The notes under the pieces: generated by a model
The model's database searches: none
What the model was told of the DNA's origin: nothing
Seen by the model: only the letters and a program-made list of their open reading frames with translations
Shown here: positions 13,581 through 27,135 of the stretch, in pieces
How positions within the stretch are numbered: the stretch's first letter is position 1
How the letters are laid out: each line of letters starts with the position of its first letter
NCBI GenBank assembly: GCA_020137815.1
Contig: CM035359.1
Location: forward strand, 7,378,001 to 7,442,000
Length of the DNA stretch: 64,000 nt
Direction of reading: 5' to 3'
Origin: Hormiphora californensis
Lineage: Eukaryota > Animalia > Ctenophora
Made by a program: the position numbers and the translations under genes

Positions 13581-13622
13581 TACAAAACCCTCCTAACCAC
13601 CCATCTCCCTACAACAAGGCAA

Positions 13623-15709
13623 ATGCTGAATGTTTCCGAGGGGTTACTGATAAAGTTTCAGGAGCAGAAGGAACGCTACAAAATAGAACAAGATGAGGTC
13701 TTCCTCAACTTTCTACTTGATAAATTGGATTACCCACCTGGTATGTGACATCCCAATTAATCACCATCAAATAATTAGCATTAATTAGTTAGGAAATTAC
13801 CATAAAGCGGTAAACCTGGCAATTCTCCAGTTGTATCACTCTGACAATGTCTATCTTTCTCCTTGTTCAGGTGAAACATGCAACTATAAAGAATACAACA
13901 CGTGTACCTCCCCTTTGTTGAGTAAGGGATCCCTAATTGTCACATCTCCTGGACCTAACAAGCTTGTTATTAACAGGAAACGGCGACATAAACAGAAAAG
14001 GTAATGGACTCCTACTACCCCCCCTTTTATAGAGGAGTGAGGACCCTTCTAACTTAAAACCAGCTTCAATTAATATCCCCCATCATGTTCCCTAAAACTA
14101 ATCCCTTTCTTTCTGTTCCAGTGTTTCAATAAAAAGACGGCATCAGCCCGACCCAGGACGAGATCTTCTGGACATCGTCCCACCGAGTCTTACGAAGTTG
14201 AAAAAGAACCGCCGGAGAGCTGGATCTAGATTCTCCTTCACTTTCAATAATCCCGTTGTAAGGAATGATCTCCAGTTACAATTACCAAAAACGACAAAGA
14301 CATCAGAAATGGTAGAACGTTTTGAAACTGCTCCAAAATCAGCGATATTATCTGTATCTGGGACGGCTACTAACTCAGAAACACTGCCTGGGACGGCTAC
14401 TAACTCAGAAACACTGCCTGGGACGGCTACTATCTCAGAAACACTACCTGGGACGGCTACTAACTCAGAAACACTGCCTGGGACGGCTACTAACTCAGAA
14501 ACACTGCCTGGGACGGCTACTACCTCAGAAACACTGCCTGGGACGGCTACTAACTCAGAAACACTGTTGGGGACGGCTACTAACTCGGAAACACTGTCTG
14601 GGACGGCTACTAACTCAGAAACACTGCCTGGGACGGCTACTACCTCAGAAACACTGCCTGGGACGGCTACTACCTCAGAAACATTGCCTGGGACGGCTAC
14701 TACCTCAGAAACACTGCCTGGGACGGCTACTACCTCAGAAACACTGCCTGGGACGGCTACTACCTCAGAAACACTGTCTGGGACGGCTACTACCTCAGAA
14801 ACACTGCCTGGGACGGCTACTACCTCAGAAACACTGCCTGGGACGGGTACTGACTCAGAAACACTCCCTGGGACGGGTACTGACTCAGAAACACTCCCTG
14901 GGACGGCTACTGAAACACTACCTGGGACGGCTACTAACTCAGAAACACTGTCTGGGACGGCTACTACCTCAGAAACACTGTCTGGGACGGCTACTACCTC
15001 AGAAACACTGCCTGGGACGGCTACTAACTCAGAAACACTGCCTGGGACGGCTACTAACTCAGAAACACTGTCTGGGATGGCTACTGAAACACTATCTGGG
15101 ACGGCTACTACCTTAGAAACACTGCCTGTGACGGCTACTGAAACACTGTCTGGGACGGCTACTGAAACACTGTCTGGGACGGCTACTACCTCAGAAACAC
15201 TGCCTGGGACGGCTACTGAAACACTGTCTGGGACGGCTACTGAAACACTGTCTGGGACGGCTACTGAAACACTTCCTACTGATCTTGGTACTGACTGGGT
15301 CCGTGTACCGATCCTCAGTGAACGTTGGAAAGGGACAGTCTGGGGCTGGAAATGTTCAGTGTGCCCTATGGAATTCCGGGATTACTTTGCTAAACAGCGC
15401 CACGAAGTTGTCATGGCCAAGAGCAGGGACTTCCTATCCAACCACCACCCTGTGAGACCTGACTCTCCCCCTGTGTGCTGTTATTGTGGACATTTCACCG
15501 TGGATTGGGTTGCTATGGCAATACACCAGGCAGTTCACTGTGAGCTGTTCCCTGGTTCTGGCCTGGACTCAACGAGGAGGGGGTTCATGAGAACAGAAAG
15601 GGCTATGGGGTGTATGTGGGTAAAGTTGTTAATGGGTTTAATAGTGTTCCTGTTAAGAGTGAACCAATGGATTGTTAGTCAAATTGAATATTTGTATCAA
15701 TGGTACTAA
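13623..15709 (+). CDS. Zinc-finger cluster gene D, three exons: helical N-terminal motif, long Thr-rich repeat, single SxDF module
   Basis: Exons 13623-13740 (MLNVSEGLLIKFQEQKERYKIEQDEVFLNFLLDKL), 13871-14000 and 14122-15709 splice in frame with canonical GT-AG. Module CSVC..RHEVVMAKSRDFLSNHH..CCYC..HQAVHC. The 3' end is uncertain (possible donors near 15612-15620). Confidence 0.75.
14359..15275 (+). repeat. Coding 30/24-bp minisatellite (GTATNSETLP, about 30 copies)
   Basis: gggacggctactaactcagaaacactgcct in tandem. Confidence 0.95.
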
Positions 15710-16912
15710 AGTCCGTTTCAAGCGACTTGACCCGTAATTCTTGGAATTCGGCGCATTGCGCGTGTATTTACAAAGGGGAAATCCTGAATTTCCAGGAATC
15801 TCAGGTCAAGTCGTTTGAAACGCACTTTATTACATTTTTTAACCTCTCTATTTTCTACATCCAATGGTTTATATGTACAGTTATTTTCATATTAAGTTGT
15901 AACTTGTAAAATTATATTGTTCTAAATCTGTAAGTCTGCATTTTTAGTGTCTATTAAGGGAAATGTGACACAAATCGCCCAAGACCCCGGTGTTATTTTT
16001 AATGTCATGTAACGCGCGTAACTTATTCAAGTCTGACTGCGCGGCATAACTCTAAACGAACTTGTGCCGCGCGCTGTACTGAATAAAAAAGTATCCAAAA
16101 CAATTTTTTTGACAAGCTTCGAAGTTTTTTGTTTTGTGATTTTTACGAACTTCGGTCAGTCCTGAGTCACGTCTTTACAGTGACTTGTAACGACGCTGGG
16201 CCTTCGGTCCAGCAAGTCCCTGCATATCCGGGGCCAGGGGTGGTACTTGGTAGCTCCGTGAAACAACCCACAAGCGGTCCAAGTGCTCAGAGCTCAGCCC
16301 TGGCGGGGTGTAGAGCAAGCATGGTCTAAAAACGGTCTTATCGGCCAGGACTTATCGCTGTTCTAAGTTCCCTTACGTGTACGCCAAAACAAATCGTTGC
16401 CCCTAACCTTGTTTTTGAAAGCCTTTTGTTTTCGCATGCGTGGCCCTTTCTTTGAATTTTTCTCTTTTCCCCTGTCTTCATGATCCGAAGTAAAAGTGTG
16501 TCCGCATCGTCGGCATGGTAGAGCCGCCCCTGGGGTGAGGGGAAACACGGTCGAGCGAGGCAACCCGTAATCCTAACCAACTGCTCCTTGCCTAAGTGAA
16601 AGCAACTGTGATATTTTGACCCCACAAAAAGCTCCCACTTCCTAATGTTTGTTCCTATGTTTGACCCCATACCACTGCACAAAAAGCTCCCCCTAATGTA
16701 ACTGTTTTAGCAGCAGCTGTATAATGATTACTATCTGATGAGCACTATGACAATGCTGGCACCGTGCAAAAGGAATCAAGGTGCCCTTACTGCGATAATA
16801 AAACAAGAAAACCACTCCCCACCCACCATGGGCTCTAAATGTAAGTGGTTTTGTGGTTTTTAAGAACAATTCACAACTTCTGAACCACTTTGCTTTGACC
16901 AACTAGCTATTA

Positions 16913-17643
16913 CTAGAGTACCCGTTTGCTGGGAACCCGTGACCTGGTAAATGGTAATTGGTAAATCATTTACTGTAACGCGCGAATTTTTCCAAAAAAG
17001 CGCTGCTTTTTTACGCCGCGCGCGGAACCTAGAATTACGCGCGCAGTGTAAAATTTTAAAATTCATTGAAAATTTCCTCGCGTTTTATGTCGCCAAAAAA
17101 AGTCGACGAAAAATTCCAAATTCGTGAATTTAGAATTATAAGAACTCCGGTCAGTTCTCATCTTGCCAATCCGTTTTCCGGGAACCCCTGGCCAAAGGAC
17201 ATTAAAGTTCACATAACGACCAAGTTTCATATCGATTGGATAAGATTTTGGGTGGCTACGGCCTACGGTGAAAAATATCGTATTTTTGGCATTTTTAACT
17301 TTCCCGACGCGATTTACGACCCTTAAACATTGAGTTACGGGAAATCGCTATCATGTAAAATGAAGTTCAAACGATTCTCTTTCCCCACTATTGCGTTAGT
17401 TTTTGATTTAGAGCCGTTTTCAGGGTCTTAGAAGCGTTTGAAAAATGTAAGTATTTTTGGCGCAATGACGTCACCCCGTGACGTCACTGTTGTAAAGATC
17501 GGATCAAAAATCTGAGCCCGTACTTACACCCGCCTTGGTCCAAAGTACCAGTGTACAAATTTTCAGGGGTCTAGCTCAAAAACTGTAGGAGGAGTAGGGA
17601 GAAAACAATTATCGGACTAACATTTTGGAAATTATTATATGGA
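16913..17643 (-). mobile_element. Non-autonomous Helitron, copy 1
   Basis: On the minus strand it begins TC(catataat) and ends ..acgggtactCTAG, between A and T, with no TSD. A near-identical copy lies at 60940-61766. Confidence 0.75.
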
Positions 17644-20039
17644 TTGATCTGTTTGTCCTGGAAACACTTGTACTGCATGGTACACTTGTTACAAACTTGT
17701 CAGATTGTTATGCTACTCATTAGCCATTAACACATTTCACACAAACACACACAGAGAACGTAACACTTACCAACACTTACAGAGAGAACATGCTGAGTTA
17801 ATACAGTTCACACATGTATTCAGAGGAAAACTTGGTTTTGAAATATCTAGGTTATTGTGTCATTAGTCAGTCCAGTTGCCTTTACATTGGGTATCACGTG
17901 CTTTTTATCGGTTTTTACTCTCTGTTCTAAAAATACACATGATATTGCGTCCACCTGTTATTATATCCCCCCCTCTCTCTAGGTGACACGGGAGACAACA
18001 CAGGACCAGGTGGCAGACCAGTAGCCATGGATCTACAGATTTCAGTCGTAAGTGATGGAATGATGTCAAAATGAATTTGGAGATATTTTCAAAAATATAT
18101 GCACACTTCAGACTTCGTTTGCACCTGACACCACCTTGTCCACACTATTTGAAAGGAATCTAAGAAATAATTCATTACTTGCTTTAAAATATTGCTTTAA
18201 AATATTAGAGAGGGAATTACATAGTTACTCCAACATATTATATCCCAATATCATGTGACCAGCTCATGGACATGAAAAGCAGAACATTACATCCAAAACA
18301 CATCAATCAGATTTTTATATCCCCACGAAGGGAACCACCCTACTACCACAATATATACTGTTTTGTCAATCTATTGACTTTTGATGAGGCCGTTTTTCGA
18401 ACATACCGATCATGTTGAATTTCTAGAACACAATAAACATTAAACAGATTCTTTAATGTAAAGGGGAGATAAGTAAAGAGAGGGTCACGCAATGACAGTC
18501 CCTGTTTGATACACTTCATTTGGACAAATAGAGAAACTAAAGGGGTTGTTGTGTGGGGGTGGGGGGGCACTTCCGTTTTGTGTAGTGTGGTTTAGTGGGT
18601 TGTTGTGGACGATCACCATGCCAGCCTTTGAAATATCAAGATAAATTCTGAATAAAAATAGGCCAATGAAATTTAAAATCCAATAAAAAATTAAACATTT
18701 GACAGAACCAAATTGGTCCACAATTTAAAGCAGAATTCCTTAATTGCCCTTGCGCAACATTTACTACCCCTCGCAGGCAAGTCAAAGGTGTTCTGCGGAT
18801 TTCAAACACACTAGGGTAAGTATTAAGCGTGAAATTAGTTAGAAATTTGTCTTCACAGAACTCGTGGATTATCAAATTGAAAAAAACACTCAGACTGGAC
18901 CTTGCCATTTGCCAAGCTAGACTGCCTTTCCCACACCCCGGGGTTGAACAAAACTTGTCACAGTTCACTCACACACACATTTCACTCCCACAGTTCACAC
19001 ACACACACACACTCAAACACACCGTCCTGTCCAGTGTCCTATGTGGTATCTCCTCATGATAGAGCTCTATGTTTCTACCACGGTCTCTCGTCTCCTTTCT
19101 GTGTACGTTTCTGGTTTCTATCTGAATGCCTGACTGGTTCACTTTCCACAAACAGTGCAGTATTTGTATTCCCGAAGAGTTTAGAAATAACTTTGCTATT
19201 TGTAATTGCCTGTGTAGTCTCCCCTCCCTTGACTAGTATGTCCCGCATCTGTCGCCACCTTTTTTGCCCTTCGTTCTTAGAAAGGTTGTGGGATAACATA
19301 AATTACCCAAAGATCAACCACCTCTGGGTGATTAATTTGGTGGGTGTTTGGTATTTTTAAATAGTGCTACTGCCTCTTGCTATGCTCTCCTTTCGGTCAC
19401 GATTTCTAATCGGCCATTAATATTTTATTTCTCCGCCTCACCCTACACACAACAACCCCTTTTCTAAAAAAACACAAAGCTGTACTACCGACACTCGACA
19501 GTGAGAGGACGAAGACCCAGTGAGTGTATGAGTTAGTAGGTTATATCACTCTAATATGAGTCCCCCATAAATACCCCCCAACCTATTTTTTACAATTATT
19601 TTATGCCTAGTATGTATATGGTGATTTAACTCTTTAGAGGCAATTCTGCTAGAAACATGTTGTAATAAAGAAATGGTTTTTTTTCCACTGAAGGATGGAG
19701 AAACTAAAAATCTTTGAATTAACAGCTGACGTTGTTGTAAAAAATAACACACAGAGAGTGTTGCCATCCATTTCCATCCATTACCCCTTTTTGCATACCT
19801 CCTACTTTCTACTACATGGTAGCATGCATTACAGAACTGCAAAATGTGCAGAATATTAATAGAGCCCTGATTTACCGGAACCCTGATTTACACAACAGAT
19901 CTACATTTTAGGGTGGTAGCAATGCTTTGCTCCTAAGCCTCCTATATCATGTATTTACTGTGCTATTATCCTGATCAGTCAGGTAAATCGAGGTCAGACT
20001 GAATTTAAGACATTGAAATTTGAAGCTCTGTGCTACAGT

Positions 20040-20718
<679 letters not shown>

Positions 20719-21413
20719 GGGTGTGGGCACACGATGCACATTTTTGTGTGATCGCTATCAACATGTCGCTCTTCTCCCCTCCCTCAATTTGGTACGTGTT
20801 CTTTTGCAGTTTGTTTGGATCATAATTTAGCATATTTTAACTCTGCATCAAACTTAGCTTTATTAACAAAATGTCCGTTATATATACTGAAAAACAAGTT
20901 TTCTCTTCTTCTTCCACACTATTCTATTTTCCCACACCTTCCCGTTTATCCGAGGCATTTCCATTTTCAACCGTGGGAACTAGTCGTAGTGTCGGCTGTA
21001 TAATATCAGATGTAGCGGCATAAATCCGGTAAATTGGAGGGTGAAATAGGGAATTATAGAGGTGGAAAAGTGTGTATCAGGAATTATTCTTAATTAATCC
21101 TCTAGCGGGTAAAAAAACTCTCGGAATTTCCTATTTTTCACCATCCTTTTGATTCTCCTCCATTTAGCAGGTTAAATTTCTTCCTGGCAGGTTATGGTGC
21201 CCAATGGTGGGCATTATGGTGCATTAAATGGGTTGCGGTTAGCCCATCCCCAGTCCAGTCCTGCCCCGCCCCACCGATCAGTGAAAATCATTTAAGTTAT
21301 GTCACGTGGTGTATCACGTGACTGTGTAAATCATTGGGCTAGGAGAAGGAAATGGGGGCAGCATGATGTGTAATGAACAGTGGAGGGGGAGACACTTTGG
21401 GGCCTTGAAACAT

Positions 21414-21414
<1 letters not shown>

Positions 21415-21467
<53 letters not shown>

Positions 21468-21552
21468 TCTCTCACTCACTCGTTCACGTTGAATTAACTC
21501 TTTAGGCGGTGTAGTATAGGGCAGTTCACCTTCTTCCTATTTGTGCAGGGGA

Positions 21553-21636
<84 letters not shown>

Positions 21637-21971
21637 GAGAAGAATGAAGGGGAGTGTAAAATATCTAAACAGAGCGTTTCAGACTCCCTGGCACCCAAGC
21701 TAACTTTGTACCACAATAGTAACCACGCCCCCCACGTGTCCTTCAATCCTTTATCATAAAATGAATGAATAATAGATTGATAAATCGTAGAATTGTGGCT
21801 GTATCGAATTATATCGAGTATATATAATGCTACCGTGTAATAGATAGTATACGACGGAATCATCTCAGCAAATTCTGTCTCTATCTATCTATCTATCTCT
21901 CATGCTCTGACTATTTCTCTCTCTCTCTCTCCCTCTCTCTTTCTCTCTCTCTGTCTCTCTATCTCTCTCTT

Positions 21972-22049
<78 letters not shown>

Positions 22050-22050
22050 A

Positions 22051-22081
<31 letters not shown>

Positions 22082-22116
22082 ATCTCTCTCTCTCTCTCTC
22101 TCTCTCCCTCTCTCTC
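21415..22116. repeat. Clustered (CT)n/(GA)n microsatellites
   Basis: Direct reading. Confidence 0.9.
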
Positions 22117-23319
22117 CGGTCCTGGATTTAGACAGTAAAGATTATTTGTGAAGAGAGATACAAAACGAGAGACAGGGGGAAGAGACGGGGGTATTACTCT
22201 TGAGTATGGTGTTGTGCCCGCAAAAAAAAAGTATTAAAAAAAGGGGGGTTTTTTTTTTTGGTTTTTTTTCCTTGCCTAAAGAAAAAAAGGCAAAGTTTAA
22301 AAGGGGTTTCAAAGAAGAGAGAGAGAGAGAGAAAAGAGAGGGGGAGGGGGAAAAGGAGGAGGAAAAAGACGGAGAGAGGGGGGAAAAGAGAGGGAGAGAG
22401 GAAGGGAAAAGAGGGAGGGGAGAGAAAGAGAGAGAAGGAGGAGAGAGAGAGAAAAGAGAGAGAGGGAGGAGAGAAGGGAAAAGAAAGAAAGGGAGAAAAA
22501 GGGAAAAGAGAGAAAAAGAGAATTAAAAAGGGGGAAAAAAAAAGGGAAAAGGGAAAGAAAAGAACTAGAAGGGATAGAGAAGAAAAAGAGAAAAGAAAAG
22601 AGGGAACGGGGAGAGAAAAAAGACGTTTTTAATTCGTGAACCCAGGTTTTTAAAGGGGAAAAACAATTAAACCCCCGACTTCCAAAAAAAAACAGCAAAA
22701 AACAAAAACCCTTTAAAATATTTTTGCCCCCTTTTTTGGAGTCATTTTTTTCAAAAAATTGGGGATTTGGGTTGGAGGAGGAAAAGAATTTTTTAAATTT
22801 TTTAAATTTCTTCGCCTTGTTTTAGGGTCGTTTTTTGGCCCCCATGTTTATTCGGGTTTTTGAACCCCCACGCTTTTTTCTCTCTTTCTCTCTCTCCCCC
22901 AACCCCCACCCCACCCCCTCCTCTCTCTCTCTCTCCTTTTCCCCTCTCTTCCATTCCTTCTTTGGAATGTTTCTTCTCCTTTTTCCCCCTTTTCCTCCCT
23001 CTTCCCTCCCCTCCCCCCATCTTGATTTCCCTCCCTAACTTTTATTTTACACCCCCCCCCCTCTCCAGCCTGGGAAATTTTCTCCCAAAAAATTTTCTTA
23101 ATTCCCTTTTTCCTCTCTCTCTCTCCGCTGAAAAACATAAACTTGAATTATAACGCATTATTTATTGGTCTAGTAAATGGTAAAAAGTAAACTGCAAACT
23201 TTCCGCTTCTAATTTTTGAAGTCATATCATACTGAAAAATTAATTAACTTTCTCCGCTCTACCCTCGTTTAACAAATGTGTGTAATACCAGTATAATTCC
23301 TCTCTCATGTCCCTGTATC

Positions 23320-24173
23320 TCACGTGTTCAAATGACGTTTCATGTGCAATGAAGGTGATCTGATCTACTAAAACAGCGATCACAATGATTACATTTAAAC
23401 GGTTTCTGTCCCGTGTGTTTGCGAGTGTGTCGCGTCAGTTCATCGCTTCGTGCAAACCTCCACACGCACCCTTCCCAGGTGCACCGATATGGTTTCTCTC
23501 CAGTGTGTGTCCTCTGGTGCGCCTTGAGGTGGCTACTCTTCGTATACACTTTAGTACACCCCATATGATCACACTTGTGTACCCTCCGTCTAGAGTTGTC
23601 TGTTGGACTGCGCCGCATTGTGTAACTAGGGGCGTTGTCAGGGAGGTGGGTGAGGGGGTGCGAGTTGACCATACTGAGACTGCTGGTGAGATGGGTTGGT
23701 AGTTGGGAGGGCGGGATGTTAGCTGACCTCATCAACACAGACAAGATATCAGAGGGTTTCAGATTCCCAGAGGAGGAGGGTGTGATGTCAGAATGGCTGG
23801 AGGAGGGGGACCCATAGGCAGGGGGTGGTAGGGCCGCTGCTTCTGGTGGTGATCCATCACCAGGTAGTGATATAACAGGCCTGACATGGTTCACAGGGGG
23901 TGGTGGTGGGATTGTGTAGTCGCTATATCCTGAGTTGCTGCCCTCCCCCATGGTGTAGGGTTCCTGTTTCACGTGTATAGGAGGGGACATGTAGGAGGGT
24001 GGGGCTGGAGGAGGGGGAGGTGTAGGGGCCATGACTCGAGGTGGGGCCGGACCAAACTCGAACCTCTCCTTCTTGATCGTCGGTAGGATGTTGATGGGTG
24101 GAGGGGGTGCTATTAGGGGTGGTGGAGCTGGTCCCGCCACACTGCCATCTCCGTTAAAGAAGTCATCTACCAC
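23320..24173 (-). CDS. KLF5: Kruppel-like factor (KLF5-like), terminal coding exon with three C2H2 fingers
   Basis: [80 protein letters not shown] is the diagnostic KLF finger array. Adding one T at ~23353 restores [10 protein letters not shown]. Pro-rich region with IKKE/VKQE SUMO-type and PPAY motifs. CAG acceptor at 24174-24176; upstream exons not found. The KLF subfamily is tentative. Confidence 0.9.
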
Positions 24174-25781
24174 CTGGGGAGGCAGAGGAGGGGGTTAGGA
24201 TGGGAGAGGGAGAGGATGGTTAGAAGGGGAAAGAAATGGAGGGAGAGGGGCCAGAAAAAAACTGAAAAGGAAAGGAACGGAATCGGAGGGGGTTAGAAGG
24301 AGAAAGGAGACGGCTAGAAGCTTTTTTAAAGAGGTAGAGGAGTAGTTACCCGCTAAAATATAAAGGGGAATGTTTCTGATAGTTAGACAGTATAACACAG
24401 GAGACTATAATAAGGGAAGAGGAATCAAGCAGTGATAGTGGTTTCGCAACATTCTGAGAAAGAAAGTTTCCAAGAACTCAAGAAGCTTTGTTTTTTGTTT
24501 GTTTTTCAACTTTTATTGTTCCCCATGTTACAAAAAGACGTCTTGTGTGTGTGTGTGTGACGTGTGTACATATATTTTTTGTGTCTGTCCATTGTATGAT
24601 TTACAGCTCAATTAACTCTTTAAACTTCCGCCACTTGCCGCCTACCTGTCTCCTATCTCTCTACCTCTTTCTATCTAGCTATCTTTCTCTCTCCCTCTCT
24701 TTCTATCTGTATCTCTCTCCCTCTCGTTCTCCCTTACTGTCTCCCTTTCTCTCTCTATCACTCTCTCCCGTCTTTCTTTTCACTAACACACTGTGTGTCT
24801 CTCTCTTCTCTCTCTATCTCTGTTCCTTCTCTCTCTATCTCTGTTCCTTCTCTCTCTATCTCTGTTCCTTCTCTCTCTATCTCTGTTCCTTCTCTCTCTA
24901 TCTCTGTTCCTTCTCTCTCTATCTCTGTTCCTTCTCTCTTTACTCTTTCCTTCTCCTTTTCTGTTCCTTCCTTTACTTGTTCCTTCTCCTCTATCTCTGT
25001 TCCTTCTCTCTCTATCTGTTCCTTCTCCCCTATCTCTGGCTTCTCTCCTCTCTTTTGTGACCAAAACTGGGCTTGTTTAGAGCTTGCGGAAGACTGTATC
25101 GCAGGATGTCGAAAGGGGGGGAGAGAGGCGGGGAAAGGGGGGGAGAGAGAGAGGGAGAAGAAGGAGAGAGAAGGGGGAGAGAGAGAGGAGAGGGGAGAAA
25201 AAGAGGGATAAAAGAGAGAAAAAAAAGAAAAAAATTTCTTCCCCGACAAAAAAACTCCAGTGAAAAACTGGGGGGAAAAAAAGCAGAACTTTATTGGTGC
25301 GTGGTATCGATGCGGAATGAAAGAGAGACAAAGGACGATAACCCACCACCACGACCCCCCCGCCTTCTCTTGTCCTCTCTGTGCTCTCTCTTTCTCTCCA
25401 AAAACAGATAACGTAATGCACAGGACATGTTAAACTAAAGCATAATTTCACTGACTCGTGACGCGGAGAAGAGTGTTAAAATTGAAGGAAATATCTGAGC
25501 GTCAAAAATATATTTTACAAGAGTTAAATTAAATGCTTGTCAAGTTATTCAAAAATTCAGAAAAATTTATTGATCCATTTATGATATAGATTATTGTGAA
25601 AATTACTGAAGTTTTGAATTCAACATGTAAATTTCCCTTTGGAATTTTGTCTGAAGTTACTTTTGGCTGGTCTGTAGGTTGGTACTGGGGTAGGAAGATA
25701 TTGTTCCATCTCGTCACGGGTTGAGGGAAAAAAATTTGTTACATCAGGAATCAAGTTAATTTTTTTGATTATGTTAAATCA

Positions 25782-25881
25782 NNNNNNNNNNNNNNNNNNN
25801 NNNNNNNNNNNNNNNNNNNNNNNNNNNNNNNNNNNNNNNNNNNNNNNNNNNNNNNNNNNNNNNNNNNNNNNNNNNNNNNNN
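25782..25881. other. Assembly gap (100 N) flanked by low-quality homopolymer-rich sequence (~22.2-27.1 kb)
   Basis: N run, with long poly-A/G/C/T runs typical of unpolished long-read consensus. Confidence 0.95.
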
Positions 25882-26541
25882 CAGTTTTAGGGGAATTTTA
25901 AAAGGGAACCGGTTTTGGGGGAGGGGGGTAAGAAAGGGCCTTTTAGGAATAATACTTTATCTGGGGAAAATTTTTTTTAGAATTAAAGGAAAGGGGGGGT
26001 TTTTAAAAATTATATAAAGGGGGGGATATAAAGTTTTTCCCCGGTTTTAAAAAGGGGGGGAAAAAAGGGGGGCCCCCCCCGGGGGGGAATTTTTTTTTTC
26101 CCCCCTTTTTTTCCCCGTTTTTTTTTTTTTTTTTCCCCTTTCCCCTCCCTCTTCTAAATCTTTAAATTTTTTTACTGGATCTCCCCCGAAGAAATTTTCT
26201 TTTCCCCAGTCAAAAATTTGGGTTAATATTTCGTCTTTAAATGGGGTTTATTGACAAGGAGAGAGGGGGGGGGGGGGAAAAAAGGGGGGGGGAAAAAAAA
26301 AAAAAAAAGGGAAAAAGGGGAAAAAAGGGGGGGCAGGGAAAGGAAAAAAAAAAAGGGAAAGGGGGGGGAAAAAACCCCCGGGGGGGGAAAAAAAACCCCC
26401 CAAAAAAAAAAAAGGGGGGGGGGGGGAAAAAAAAAAAAGGGAAAAGGGGGAAAAAGGGGGGGGGGGGGGGGGGGGGGGAAAAAAAAGGGGAAAAAAAAAA
26501 AGGGGGGAAAAAAAAGGGGAAAAAAAAAAAAAAAAAAAACC

Positions 26542-26591
<50 letters not shown>

Positions 26592-27058
26592 CCCCCTTTT
26601 TTAAAAATTTTTTTTAAAAAAAAAAACCAATCTTCTTTCCTTCCCTTCCCCTTTCTTTTCCCCTCTTTCTTCTTTTTTTATTCTCTTCTCCCCTCTTTTC
26701 CCTCTTTTCCTTCTTCCCTTTTTCTTCCTCTCTCTTCTCCCCTTTTTTCCCTGCGGGCCCAATGAGCAAAAAAGGGAAATTGGATACAAATAGGGTAGAC
26801 GCACAATACAACGAACATTGTTTAAGCAATTTTCCTCTCCCTAGGGTCTGGGGGGGGGTACATGTCCCCCTTTCCCTTTGGCGTGGGTATCACGTGGGAT
26901 TAATGGAATCGTTTGGGTAAACGTCCCTTGTTTGGGAGCTGGTTGTTGGGGGCGGGGGCCAAAAAAAATTTTTTTGGCTACCCCGGGGAAGACGGGAAAG
27001 TGCGTAAGGGGGGGAGAGGAAGAGAGAGAGGAGAGAGAGAGGAGGGGAAGGGGGGAGA

Positions 27059-27135
<77 letters not shown>

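Noticed and set aside
14359-15275. Regular ~30-bp repeats resembling a CRISPR array (also 5525, 8481, 45040, 50214)
   Set aside because: Head-to-tail minisatellites with no unique spacers, in a eukaryotic context with no cas genes.
15605-15709. C-terminal transmembrane anchor on gene D (MWVKLLMGLIVFLL)
   Set aside because: Short, interrupted by Lys, and overlapping plausible splice donors (gtatgt, gtaaag), so it may be intron read-through.
16735-16772. Third hammerhead-like core CTGATGA-GCAC...GTGC-AAAA
   Set aside because: Lacks the essential GAAA, and stems I and III are not evident.
17983-18047. Isolated exon-like segment (ctctctag|...|gtaagt)
   Set aside because: No recognisable homology or linkable neighbouring exons; a gene call cannot be supported.
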